A stretch of DNA of 64,000 nt from Octopus vulgaris (Eukaryota), in the NCBI GenBank assembly GCA_951406725.2, contig OX597831.1, forward strand, positions 19,344,001 through 19,408,000, read 5' to 3'. Below, one piece after another: positions 14,618-28,299 of this stretch (the first letter of the stretch is position 1; every line of letters begins with the position of its first letter). Under the pieces are notes generated by a model. The model ran no database searches. It was not told where the DNA came from and was given only the letters and a program-made list of their open reading frames with translations. The position numbers were made by a program, and so were the translations under genes.

Positions 14618-14995
14618 TATAATTAAGGGCTAAAGAGGGTTATTCTAAAGCCAATATACTGATTTATCCACTTATAGTCCGCTTGCTACAGGAGAATTGA
14701 AACTGAAAACGGGCAACTAACCTTTAGAAAATTTAAATTTCGTTATCTCTATATTGAATCAATTTCGGAATTAATCTTATAAAAAGATATATTCTTTCTT
14801 CAGTAGAGCTTTCGATGTAGAGCAAGCGGATTATAAGTGGATAAATCAGTGTATTGGCTTTAGAATAACCCTCTTTAGCCCTTAATTATATGATGTTTAT
14901 ACTTCAACCGTAACGGTTTTTTTAAATATACTGCCCACGCTTCCTGATGGATTCCTTTTCTGTAGAGAAAGGGACTTCATCCTATATTGTTAGTA

Positions 14996-14996
<1 letters not shown>
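14614..14996. mobile_element. (TA)n-anchored element with 74 bp inverted arms and a ~100 bp one-sided extension
   Basis: Arms 14614-14687 / 14821-14894 with 2 mismatches; the extension contains the aaccg-taa-cggtt hairpin and runs to the next (TA)n. Confidence 0.75.
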
Positions 14997-15045
<49 letters not shown>

Positions 15046-15768
15046 ATATATATATATATACATATATATGTATATATATATGTATGCACAGGGCCAAATG
15101 TGCTTATATACATATATACAATTACGAAATTGCGTAATTGCCCTCTGGTTCATAACTAATGACGAATTAGAGAGCTCTGTTTTCCGTCCGCCTGTGTATT
15201 TAATATGTTTTCCGTTGGTCTGTACATTGAATATATGTTTTGTAACATATATGGTGGTGCTTTAACACATGGGGTGGGATTTGTTTTGTTGGATACGATA
15301 ATGACAAGAAAAATGATGATGAAGATGAGGAGGAGGAAGAGAAGGATATTGATGGACGACGACGATGACGATGACGTAAATGGCGATAACGATTCGACAG
15401 AGCAATACACAGGTGCTCTTCAATCAATCATAGCAGCATTGGCACACTGATTTCATAGCTGATCGATTCTCTTCAACAATCAAACTTACATAACACCAAC
15501 CCAATTAAAAACAAAAAATGAGACAGATAAATCTCCTGGATATTTGTTTACTCGCAACTGATACGAAAGAATTTTCTAACAGACAGTATTCTGCCAGGGA
15601 CGGTTTGAAGTAGTCTCTGAAATGTATTTGTGCGGTTACGCGGATACATAAAAATATGTGAGCGTGTGTGTAAGTAGGTAGGTACGTATGATATATATGA
15701 TATGCATGTTTATGTATACATCTACATATGAATAATAAATAGATGTATGTATATATGTATATATATGC

Positions 15769-15801
<33 letters not shown>

Positions 15802-15834
15802 TAGATAGATAGATAGATAGATATGAAAAAACAA

Positions 15835-16881
<1,047 letters not shown>

Positions 16882-17301
16882 ACTTTCATCAAACATCATA
16901 TTATGACTATTTAACTAACATTGGGCCTTTCATATTGCAATTACCGGAGGATTATAATCAAGATATAGAAATTTATAATTCTTTTCACAGTTGTGCAAAC
17001 AATAATGTTAACTCGTTATTACAATGCTAACTCGTCATCCTCTTACTTAATTATAATCGACTTATATAAAGCATTATTATTCATTAAAACCTCGTACATA
17101 TGGTGATTTACATAATCTTTCCAGTATATTTTTATAAAGAAGAATAATTGATACATACATACAGTAGATAGATAGATAGATAATTAGGTGGAGACATAGA
17201 TAGATAAATAGATACATACATACATACATGGATAAATACGTAGGTAGGTAGATAGATATAGATAGATAGGAAGATAGGTAGATATGTAGATAGATAGATA
17301 G

Positions 17302-17332
<31 letters not shown>

Positions 17333-17333
17333 C

Positions 17334-17381
<48 letters not shown>

Positions 17382-17759
17382 TGAAATTTTAAGGATCCGA
17401 TAGAATCCGGTAGTTAGATCGTAAAAGCATCCAGCCAGGAGTAGTGCACTAAGAACGCAGTCTGATCTATAAGTACTTGCCAAAGCAATCACAGATTTGT
17501 CATTCCAGTTACACACATGTTCTCACATAATAACATGTGTGTGTGTGTGGGGGGTGAGTTTGTGTGAGTATGTATATAATTAATATAGAAAGCCGTGTGC
17601 AATGTTTTACCAAAACGGAAAGTATAATAGTCACTAAATATGACTAGGGTCTTAGAACACCGACATTGCTGGAAATAAGAGCTAAGAATCTCTAAAGCTG
17701 AGTGAAAACGCATAATTTTATACATATGTACTGACAGGGACTGCAATCGCCCGAAAGCA

Positions 17760-17830
17760 CCGGTCGAGAATTCCCTATACAGTATTTCTTTTAATTCCAT
17801 ACCCTCATCAGTAGGGAGCGCTCGACTCGG
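17760..17830 (-). ncRNA. Extended type I hammerhead remnant (helix II damaged)
   Basis: Reverse complement: gtcgag-cgc-tcccta-CTGATGA-gggtatggaattaaaa-GAAA-tact-GTA-taggga-att-ctcgac; two perfect 6-bp helix I segments separated by an internal loop. Confidence 0.7.
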
Positions 17831-18345
17831 CTGATTCCGGACTAAAGCATGAATGCGTGTATTTACTATCGATTAGAACACTTTTATGTTACATTCAAAC
17901 TTAATATGTTGAAAGGACATTGTGAATGTCCTTTGCGAAGCCAAAAAGAGAGTACGTAATAACTCTTTTATGAAGAAAGTCTCTCCTCTAAAATATTAAC
18001 CATGAAAACTTATAACCGCTGAATAATTTGTTCATGTACATCACATGAGGATTATATATATATATATATATATATTTCTTTAATTAATTCATTTATTTTT
18101 GATCAACTTGTTTCATTATTTTACAGATATGGAAAAGCTCATTTCATGTATTTCTAAAAACAATTCTGGAGAGCTCGAACCAATATACGCAAGGGTTTAC
18201 AATTTCTTCGTCTCCAGGGATGAATAGTAACACTCTTAGAAGCCTTAAGATTATTACTCGGAGCGGTTTTAATCAGATTTCTAATGCAATAGTTTCGGGA
18301 ATAGCGTCGGCTAGTCCCTTTTGTGTGTGTGTGTTTGTGTGTTTA

Positions 18346-18377
<32 letters not shown>

Positions 18378-19358
18378 GATAGATATAGATATGTAGTATG
18401 GTATATAACACGACGCTGGTAATAGATTCGCAGCTGAACTGAAGGATGAAGTAATTTATCCTCTTTACTGTTGCAAATAGTTGGATTGCTTCAATCTGAT
18501 TGCTTAATTTGTAGCTTCCGGCGAACGAGGAAGAAGGTGGAGAAATAATTTCGAATCTCACCGTTTTCGGTCTGTAGCTAAATCACTCATAAACTCGTTC
18601 ATTTCAATCCAGTGTTAATTGGGTTTATATGAAAAATATTTTCAGAGTACAGATTAATGGGTTTTGTTATTTTTGTCTTTTTGCTGTTGTTTTTTTTTTT
18701 ACATCTCTTCATACATATGTGAATGGTGTGCTATATAGGGGGAAAAAAGCGTTGTCGACACCTGCTTCCCATCCGTTTCACTCAAGGTTCCAAAGCTGAC
18801 AGAGATTTTCTAACTCGCTACTTTGCTTGATGCAAGGTAAGTGGCTGATTGTTGCTTAGTTATTTATATATTCAGAGCGGGATGATTCATTGCTATGTCC
18901 AGCGGACGGGTGTTCAACACTGAGAACGGGAACAAATAGCTGAAAATCGTGATGTCTTTTGACCCCGTCGTCTGCTGAGAGATGCAGAGGTTCACTTCCC
19001 TGCTTGCAAAACATGCCAGATGCTGATTACCTGCTGGAGGAGGCTCATACCAGGGTTAAAAAGGGTAGCAACAACGATTAATACAGAACAGCCATATGAA
19101 CGTGGGCATAAAAATGACTTATCCTCGCACACGCACACGCACACACACACATACACACACGCACAAACACACACACCACACACACCGCAGCTGCAAGTGC
19201 TAATACTTATAATCTCCGCCTATCGAGCCTAAAGGCATATCAGGAGAGAATGCGCGCCATTTCGGAGCCTTTCTCTCGACGGCATGATACATGTATTTGG
19301 ATATATGTATAAATATATATATGTATATATGTATGAATATATATAGATGTGTGTTTTA

Positions 19359-19429
19359 TACTATAGCCTCTAACCTACCAAAGCCTTGTGAGTGGATTTG
19401 GTAGACGGGAAAATGGAAGAAGAACGCCG

Positions 19430-19483
<54 letters not shown>

Positions 19484-19705
19484 TGTGTGTGTATCTGCAT
19501 TTTGTGTGTATTTGTCCTCCCACTATCACTTGACAACTGATGTTGGTGTGTTTACGTCTCCGTAACTTAGCGGTTCGGCTAAGAAAACGATATATTACTA
19601 CCAGGCTTACAAAGAATAAAACCTGGGGTCGATTTCTTCGACTAAAAACGGTGCTTCCGCTTCCCCACTGTCAAAGGTCTGAAACAATTTAAAGAATAAA
19701 AGAAT
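19359..19705 (+). mobile_element. SINE-A, 5'-truncated copy
   Basis: actatagcctc..ccaaagccttgtgagtggatttggtagacgg, (TG)n, cgtaacttagcggttcgg and the family tail. Confidence 0.85.
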
Positions 19706-19756
19706 ATATATACGTATATGTATGTGCGCGTGCTGTATGTATATATATATATATAT

Positions 19757-20078
<322 letters not shown>

Positions 20079-20268
20079 TTGAATGTCTATGAGAAATACG
20101 TAATGCAATTTTGAAGTTTAAAGGTGGTTTTCTTTTAAAAGAAAAGTATTTCTTGCAAATTTTGATAAAATTCTTTATGAGGATGTTACTAACATTTTCG
20201 GAGAAGTTTCTATTCTGGGATGTGGCCGCTTTTGATTAACCTTTTGAAGCACAGGTGCCTATATATAC

Positions 20269-20363
<95 letters not shown>

Positions 20364-20393
20364 CATAATACACATATATATATATACATATAT

Positions 20394-20432
<39 letters not shown>

Positions 20433-20465
20433 TACGTATATGAGTGTGTGTGTGTATATATATGC

Positions 20466-20499
<34 letters not shown>

Positions 20500-20994
20500 G
20501 TATCTATGTATATGAACACGCATGTACATGCCTGTATGTGTTTTTCTGTGTGAGTCTGTTTATTTGTACCATTCACACAAGAGAAAAATTAGTATTCAAT
20601 ACATGCATTTCCGGACAACAAAGTGAAGGAAAACATCTCAGAATAGTCCACTGAATATTTCACTGTATATCTACAATGTGGTTCTTTACGTATTAGATAT
20701 TCAAATTCGGAATATTTCCATCTCCCTAAAGAGTTTATAAAAATAATACGTGTAAGTAATAATCGCAGGATTTACACTTACTTTCCTTTAGTTTCAATTA
20801 CGAAATCATATTTTGCTGACATAGTGATGGGAAGATCACGCCCTATGACATTTGTGTAGGTTTTACTTGACTTCATAAGAGAAACAAGAATTTACAACTA
20901 TTCATTCCTTGTTCTATGAGTGGATGCCTAAACAGAATACATTAACTGCCTTTCGGTAAAAGTCTTTGGGTATGTATGTAAATATACATTTCAC

Positions 20995-21267
20995 TGGCAT
21001 CTCGTCGGTTACGACGACGTATGTTCTCGTTAAATTAACGTGCAAGTGGCTGAGCACTCCACAGACACGTGTACCGTTAACGTAGCTCTCAGGGAGATTC
21101 GGCGTGGGGCAGAATGTGACAAAGCTGGCTCTTTGAAATACAGGTCCCACTCATTTTTGCCTGAAGAGTGGCCTGGAGCAACGTGCAATACATTGTCTTG
21201 CCCAGTGACCCAACGCGTCGCTGGGAATTGAAATCATGACCTTACGATTGTGAGCCGAATACCCTAA
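20995..21267 (-). mobile_element. SINE-B, degenerate copy
   Basis: Homologous to 22990-23365 (aattaacgtgcaagtggctgagcactccacagacacgtgtacc). Confidence 0.8.
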
Positions 21268-22567
21268 GCTCCTGTGTTATGAAGTACGATGTTTTGCTCA
21301 GAGGCTCTCTGTCGGTCTTGCCCAATGTCCACAAATCATCTAAAGTACGGCAGGGGTTTTTTGTGTTTCTAAAATATGCTATCTAATGGTAATTGGATTA
21401 GTTTTAGAAAACTGATGATCCCACATGTCTAAAATTATTATGTACACCACAAGTGTGCAATTCTTGTATATTTTTAGAAACGGTAAAGTAAATCAGTTTG
21501 AATTGTAGTAATTATTGTTTACATTACAAATATGGGATCCTTGAACATAAGCACGAGGGTGGTTCTGTGGTACGTAGCTTGCTTCCCAGCCACATAGTTC
21601 CAGCTTCAGCTCTACTGAAGTGCTGCCTTTTAGTATCTATAAATTATACACAGTTTAATTAACCTTAGAAATCCCTCCCGTAAAATGGTGATATATTTGT
21701 AAATTGGGTAAATGTAGTATGTCGTTTCTATGGTGTCTTTTTTGTTTAATCGGGGATTTCATTGTTTCTGTGTATATTCAGCAAATTTACTTTTTTATCT
21801 GCCACATATTTTCCCTCCATCCAGAATCATTCCTTCTCAAGTTTGGATCCGCTTGAAACGAGGAAATGAAGTGCTGCCACCTGTTGTTGTTCACAGGAAT
21901 TGAATATTAAATTGAATCCTAAGCTACGTCACAAACCAGGCGGTCGTTGCCACACAAACACCGTTGCCGAGTAAACAATGTCAGACTGACGTATACATTT
22001 ATGCATGTTTGCTTACATAGATAGACTCATTAAAACCTATTCGTATCTACGTCATAGCAAATTGACAGCTTACAAAACACTACTGACAAACAATCCGCAT
22101 AAATATTCACCCAAACTAATCTCTCTAACACTTTAAATATGCATAAATGCTGACACGAAGATTGCACCATTCATTAAGCTATAATTGGAAAATTTTCTAT
22201 GTTGATCCTTATTGACTTTTAAGTAAAATAATTTCGACATTCGAAAATTTCTCTAATTGCTTTCCAAGACGGGAGATGTCGATCTAGAGCAACACAAGTC
22301 TACATTTTCCTTGGAATTTTCTTCTAATTTTTTACTTTTCGGTTTGGTTTTAGTGGTCGTGTATTTTTAATTAGATTTAGCTATCATGCATAAGGCCATG
22401 CTTGAGCAATGATAGATGTATTTTATCAGTGATTTCTTGACATCGTGCCTTGGTACATTTCTAACAGGGATCTTATTGACAGCTCTCTCGGCAGAGTAAA
22501 CATAAAAGTGATTTGTAACGAAAACTAAAATTAAACATCAATGTGTTGTGGTGTAATGTGTGTGTGT

Positions 22568-22944
22568 GGAGGCGCAATGGCTCAGTGGTTAGAACAGCGG
22601 ACCTGTGGTCATAGGATCGTGGTTCCGATTCGCAGACCGGGTGTTGTGAGTGTTTATTGAGCGAAAACACCTAAAGCTCCACGAGGGTCCGGCAGTGGGG
22701 TGGTGACGAACCCTACTATACTCTTTCACCACAACTTTCTCTCACTCTTTCTTCCTGTTTCTGTTGCACTTGTATTTCAAAGGGCCAACCTTGCCACACT
22801 CTTTCCCACGCTGAATCTCCCCGAGAACTACGTTAAGGGTACACGTGTCTGTACAGTGCTCAGGCACATGCACGTGAATTTCTCGAGCAGGCTGTTCCAT
22901 TGATCGGATCAACTGGAACCCTCGTCGTAAACGACGAAGTGCCA
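22568..22944 (+). mobile_element. tRNA-derived SINE-B, full length
   Basis: A-box TGGCTCAGTGG and B-box-like GGTTCCGATTC; body shared with 22990-23365, 20995-21267 and 38365-38545. Confidence 0.9.
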
Positions 22945-22989
22945 TATAAAATAATATATATATATATAAATATATATATATATGTGGAA

Positions 22990-23364
22990 GCACTCCGTCG
23001 GTTACGACGATGAGGGTTCCGGTTGATCCGATCAACGGAACAGCCTGCTCGTGAAATTAACGTGTAAGTGGCTGAGCACTCCACAGACACGTGTACCCTT
23101 AACGTAGTTCTCGTGGATATTCAGCGTGACACAGAGAGTGATAAGGCCGGCCCTTTGAAATACAGGTACAACAGAAACAGGAAGTAAGAGTGAGAGAAAG
23201 TTGTGGTGAAAGAGTACAGCAGGGATCACCACCATCCCTGCCGGAGCCTCGTGGAGCTTTAGGTGTTTTCGCTCAATAAACACTCAGAACGCCCGGTCTG
23301 GGAATCGAAACCGCGATCCTACGACAGCGAGTCCGCTGCCCTAACCACTGGACCATTGCGCCTC

Positions 23365-23365
<1 letters not shown>
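22990..23365 (-). mobile_element. tRNA-derived SINE-B, full length, tail-to-tail with the previous copy
   Basis: Reverse complement starts ggaggcgcaatggtccagtggttagggcagcggactc...ggtttcgattccc. Confidence 0.9.
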
Positions 23366-23462
<97 letters not shown>

Positions 23463-23465
23463 TAT

Positions 23466-23497
<32 letters not shown>

Positions 23498-23571
23498 ATA
23501 TATCGTAATAAAATAAAAATAACAGGAACCAAGAGGTGAAACGAAACGACGAATCGGAACGAATATATATA

Positions 23572-23643
<72 letters not shown>

Positions 23644-24740
23644 GTGTGTGTGTACCAGAATTTGCTTTACCCCTCTATTGATTAATAGTGCTAATATAAC
23701 TAACTGACATAAGGAGATCTCCAATAAAGAAACGAAGAGTAATCTGATCGTCATTAATTTGATAGTGATGTGTTTCTATTGCGTTGTGTGAATATATAAA
23801 GGTTTCGTTAATCGCCAAACAATAAGAACCATCAGTTATTTATTTCAAATTACAGGTTGTGTATAAGTAAGTTAATATTTACTGATCAAAATGTTCTGCT
23901 ATAGAAACCAAGCCACTGTTTAGCAGTGATTTATTCGGGAATGTTCATGACTACATTGTTATATCATTTAACACATATTCAATCATTCTATGAGAGGATA
24001 GTATCACGCTTACCTTTAGCGGAAACCTCTGCTTACTTTCTGAAATGTGTTGATTCAGCCGTTCTATATAATCTTCAAGATATTATGACAACGAAGATAT
24101 AAGCGACCCAGTTACTAAACCTTTCTCTTTTATTCATTTAACCCGTACGTATTTAAGATCAATCTCTACTTGGTTGCAAGACCATGTGTATCCTAGAGTT
24201 ATATGTATTTTGAAGAGTGGATCGTTCAGAAAATTATATATACAATTAGCATTGTTAGTCATTTAGCCTATTTTTAACTGTAGAATTAAATACTTCCCGA
24301 TCTAAATCAAAATTACATTCCTACTTTATTCATTATATTATATTATAATTGAAACTAATTTTTTAAGATCAAATTAATAATTTGAGTAGATAATATTTTC
24401 AGCTGGATATATGAACATTAATCTGGTTTTTTACCATTAGGAGGAAACAATTTAAGATGTGTTGCGAACTCATCATTGTGTACACTTCAGCGCCATTGGT
24501 TCCTATCAAATGCGAGATCAGTTATATTATTAAATCTAATATAGCATCTGGCTACTGCATTTAAATTTGGCAGAGGACATACTGTTTAAATAATTAAATA
24601 CATACGACTAAATGGTCATTGATAATTGAATACATGTACTAAAACAAAATCATTTTTTCGTGGTTGATAAATTACGTTTTACTTTTAATTAAAGTATGCA
24701 TATAGATAGATAGATAGGCAGACATAAATATATAAAAACC

Positions 24741-24796
<56 letters not shown>

Positions 24797-24889
24797 GTGG
24801 TGCTATTAAGTTAGACGTGGCCTGGACCAATCTTTGGTCGAAACATATCTAAGTTTATCTAAGTTTATATATATATATATATATAAAAA

Positions 24890-27688
24890 ATAATAATAAT
24901 AATAATAATAATAATTGTGTACAGTGCTCAGGTGCACTACAACTCATCTAAAGTGTATATATAATCAGGTGTAGTTTCGACGGATTTCGGGAAGCATGAG
25001 GGCCTTAAAGGATGCAGTGTCATGGCAGTCAACAACTGATGCAGGCAGTTTATTCCACGCTTCAGCAACCCTGAGCGTGAAAAAATGTTTCCGAAAGTCA
25101 TGGGAGCTGTGCTGTTTTCTGACTTTGTAGGCATGTCCACGTGTGTTAGACACATGGAGATCAAAAAGGTGTTCAGTGTTGTTGTTGGTGAGGTGGTTGA
25201 TAACCTTGTGGGTGTTTACCAAGTCCGTCGCCAGACGCCGGAGCTTCAGTGAATCCATGCCCAGGGAAACAAGGCGCTCAGAATATGGTAGGTGTCTGAT
25301 GGAGGGTATGCGTTTGGTTGCACGTCTCTGGACAGATTCCAGGAGGTCAATGTTCTGAGCAAGATAGGGATTCCAAACTGATGATGCGAATTCGAAGTGT
25401 GGTCGTACCATAGCTGTATGCAGTTTTAAATAGATGGCTGGAGAGCGGCTAACAAAAGTCTTGCTGAGTGATGCCAAGACACCCTCGGCCTTCTTGACAA
25501 TTTTAGAGATATGCTTTGTCCAACGCAAATCACTGCTGACAGTGATGCCTAGGTCACGCTCGCAAGAGGATTTCTTGATATCAGTGTTGTGGAGGGAGTA
25601 TGTGGACGCAGGGTTTTTTCTCCCAAAATGCATGGTGGTACGCTTGTCCACAGCCAGTTTCAGTTGCCAGTCTGTGATCCATTGCTGCATTGTGTCTAGG
25701 TCTGATTGCAGGAAAGAGTTGTAGACATCAGGATCAGTCCTCTTGATTTCAAGGTACAGCTTGATGTCGTCTGCATATTTCAATACTGTGGCATTCTTTA
25801 AATTGGCATCTATGTCATTAATGTATGCCACAAACAGGAGGGGACCAAGGACAGATCCCTGTGGTACACCCGATGACATCTCATATGGTGTAGAGTGCTG
25901 TCCTAGAACTGTGACTACCTCCTTTCGGCTGAGGATGAAGGATTTCAACCAGTTAAAAAGGTCATCCCCCACACCCATTGCAGAGAGTTTCACCATAAGC
26001 CTTTTGTGTGGCACAGAGTTGAAAGCCTTAGCAAAGTCAAGGTAGACAACATCCACCCATGAGCCACTGTCAGTGATCTGAGTAATGTCCTCAAGGAACT
26101 CGACAAGCTGGTCACTGCAGCTGGAGTTAGGGACAAATCCATATTGTGAGGGTCGGATGAGACTGTGAGAGCTCCAGAAGTTCCAGAGTGTTTCTCTGAC
26201 ACACGATTCCATCAGTTTTGCAATACAGCTAGTGAGACTGACTGGGCGATAGTTGACAGGTGATGTGCGGTCACCCTTTTTGAACAGAGGAATGACACTG
26301 GCAGTTTTCCACTGCTCCGGAGTAGCACCATTGTTGAGACAGTACTGGAAGAAAATAGAAAGCTGGTGTAAAAGGAAGTGCCTGCCACGTTTGAGAAGCA
26401 GGTATGTAACTCCATCGAGACCAGGGGAGGCATAGTTGTGCTTATTGTGAAGGTGACGTCGCAGCATTGCAGGTGTAAATTCCATAGTTGTTATGGAGTT
26501 TGCTGTTAGTGATGGTGAAGATGGTACATTTTGACTTTCGACAGTAAATATGTTTGCATAGCACTCGGCAATGAGTTCTGCGCATTCCTTGGGGTCGTCA
26601 GTGATCTGGTTCGTGTGAGGGTTGCGAAGAGGGCCCACTGGAGAGTGAGGTCTCTGCTTTGAATGCACATATTTCCAGAAAACCTTGCTGTCAGGATTGG
26701 CTGCTATGCACTGTTCAAATTCAAGCACTGCATTTTTTGTCACTTGCTTGAGATGGTTGGAGGATTTATTCCGCTTCTTCCTGTTGGTGTCTGATTTATG
26801 CAACTTGTATTCCTGTTCAGCAGTCCGACGTTCCTTCCTGGCAAGTCGGACCGCTGAAGTTTCCCAAATTGCCCTTTTGGGGCAGTTCTTTTTTTGTTTA
26901 TGTGGCACTGATGCTGCACATGCTGCCCATATTGAGTCCAGGAAACTCTGGAGTATAGTATTCACATCTCCAGAGTTGTAGAATTCACGCCAGTTTGGGT
27001 GCTGTAGTTCAGTGTGGTACAGGTTCCAATCTGCTCTCTTCCAATCGAAGGAAGCAGATTGGAGATGGTTCAGGTGTTTGTTGCCCGCAAGAGCCAGATT
27101 GGCGATGATCATAGCATGATCAGAGTCACCTAGAGGTTCCTCCGTAGTGCAATTGATAACCGCTTCAGGAGTTGTGGTGAAGAGCAGGTCCAAGGTGTTG
27201 TCGCCTCTTGTTGGAGAGGTGACTACTTGTGACCAGTTTGAGTCCAGCACAAGCTCAACAAAATCGTTTGCACTCTGTGGCCAACGGAAGGTTTCCCAAT
27301 CGATCTCAGGATGATTGAAATCGCCTGCAATAAACACATAAGTGGCTGTTTTCCTGGCTGCAGCTCGGAGGATGTTGCAAAGCTGTGTGTCCTGATGGTA
27401 ATTCGGGGGACGATAAACAACGCCAAGCAGGAGTGTTGACATGGTCATACGTACGTCACAGAAAAAAATTTCTTCTTGTGATTCGTTCAAATCGGCACAA
27501 GGAATTACCAAAAAATGTGAACGAACGTGGACCATCACACCACCACCACGGCGGTTAGTGCGGTCCTTACGGAAGAGGTTGTACCCCGTGATGTTGAAAA
27601 CCCCATCACAGAGTAAGGAATGCGCCCATGTTTCCGTGACAGTGATGAAGTCAGGGTCAACACTTCTGACGTAGGCGTTGAACAAATG
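24890..27688 (-). mobile_element. CR1-like LINE, 5'-truncated at the start of ORF2, with (TAT)n 3' tail
   Basis: APE motifs ITVTETW, GYNLFRKDR, GGGVM, GDFNHP, LDLLF, SDH; RT motifs YRPVSLTS, LDFAKAF, GVPQGSVLGPLLF, YADD; CR1-type ERDLG, TRGH and FFTLRVAEAWNKLP; short 3' UTR then AAT repeats. Confidence 0.96.
24965..27688 (-). CDS. LINE ORF2 (AP endonuclease plus reverse transcriptase), ~905 uninterrupted codons; true N-terminus missing
   Basis: ORF 24965..27739; its first ~17 residues are translated microsatellite. Confidence 0.9.
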   Translation of the reverse strand, partial: HLFNAYVRSVDPDFITVTETWAHSLLCDGVFNITGYNLFRKDRTNRRGGGVMVHVRSHFLVIPCADLNESQEEIFFCDVRMTMSTLLLGVVYRPPNYHQDTQLCNILRAAARKTATYVFIAGDFNHPEIDWETFRWPQSANDFVELVLDSNWSQVVTSPTRGDNTLDLLFTTTPEAVINCTTEEPLGDSDHAMIIANLALAGNKHLNHLQSASFDWKRADWNLYHTELQHPNWREFYNSGDVNTILQSFLDSIWAACAASVPHKQKKNCPKRAIWETSAVRLARKERRTAEQEYKLHKSDTNRKKRNKSSNHLKQVTKNAVLEFEQCIAANPDSKVFWKYVHSKQRPHSPVGPLRNPHTNQITDDPKECAELIAECYANIFTVESQNVPSSPSLTANSITTMEFTPAMLRRHLHNKHNYASPGLDGVTYLLLKRGRHFLLHQLSIFFQYCLNNGATPEQWKTASVIPLFKKGDRTSPVNYRPVSLTSCIAKLMESCVRETLWNFWSSHSLIRPSQYGFVPNSSCSDQLVEFLEDITQITDSGSWVDVVYLDFAKAFNSVPHKRLMVKLSAMGVGDDLFNWLKSFILSRKEVVTVLGQHSTPYEMSSGVPQGSVLGPLLFVAYINDIDANLKNATVLKYADDIKLYLEIKRTDPDVYNSFLQSDLDTMQQWITDWQLKLAVDKRTTMHFGRKNPASTYSLHNTDIKKSSCERDLGITVSSDLRWTKHISKIVKKAEGVLASLSKTFVSRSPAIYLKLHTAMVRPHFEFASSVWNPYLAQNIDLLESVQRRATKRIPSIRHLPYSERLVSLGMDSLKLRRLATDLVNTHKVINHLTNNNTEHLFDLHVSNTRGHAYKVRKQHSSHDFRKHFFTLRVAEAWNKLPASVVDCHDTASFKALMLPEIRRNYT

Positions 27689-27994
27689 TATATATATATA
27701 TGTATGTATGTGTGTGTGTGTATGTATATATACACACACACATTTTAATCTTTTTTGTACTGAAGAGGAAACGATATATAGATAGATAGATACATATAAG
27801 CAGATATAAATATATAAATAGATATATGTGTGTGTGTGTGCGTGTGTGTGTGTCTACGCCTATGTGTGTGAGTATGTATACATAATGTTATAATTATAAT
27901 GATACTACAACTTCGTCAACTTCTGTATAATAAACAATTACTAATATTTTCGTATTGAGAATTCTATGAGTGTAATTTAGAATTGATGATTTGA

Positions 27995-28090
<96 letters not shown>

Positions 28091-28299
28091 ATTTTTAAAT
28101 TTACACTTGTCCTGTAAGATTCGTTTGAAAGTCGCAGGGGCCTTCACTTTAACACCTCGCGCGCGGAGAAGTAAATATATTTCATAAAATAGTTTACACA
28201 GTAAGTCTGATTGGTAAGTGTTGGTTCAAAACAGAAAGCGAAATCAATCAATACCCAAATGTCTATGGTCATATTTCTAAGGAAAAATGAAACAGGTTT

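Noticed and set aside
24820-24856. gacc-aatcttt-ggtc-GAAACATATC hammerhead-like half
   Set aside because: The CUGANGA box is missing; at most a decayed remnant.
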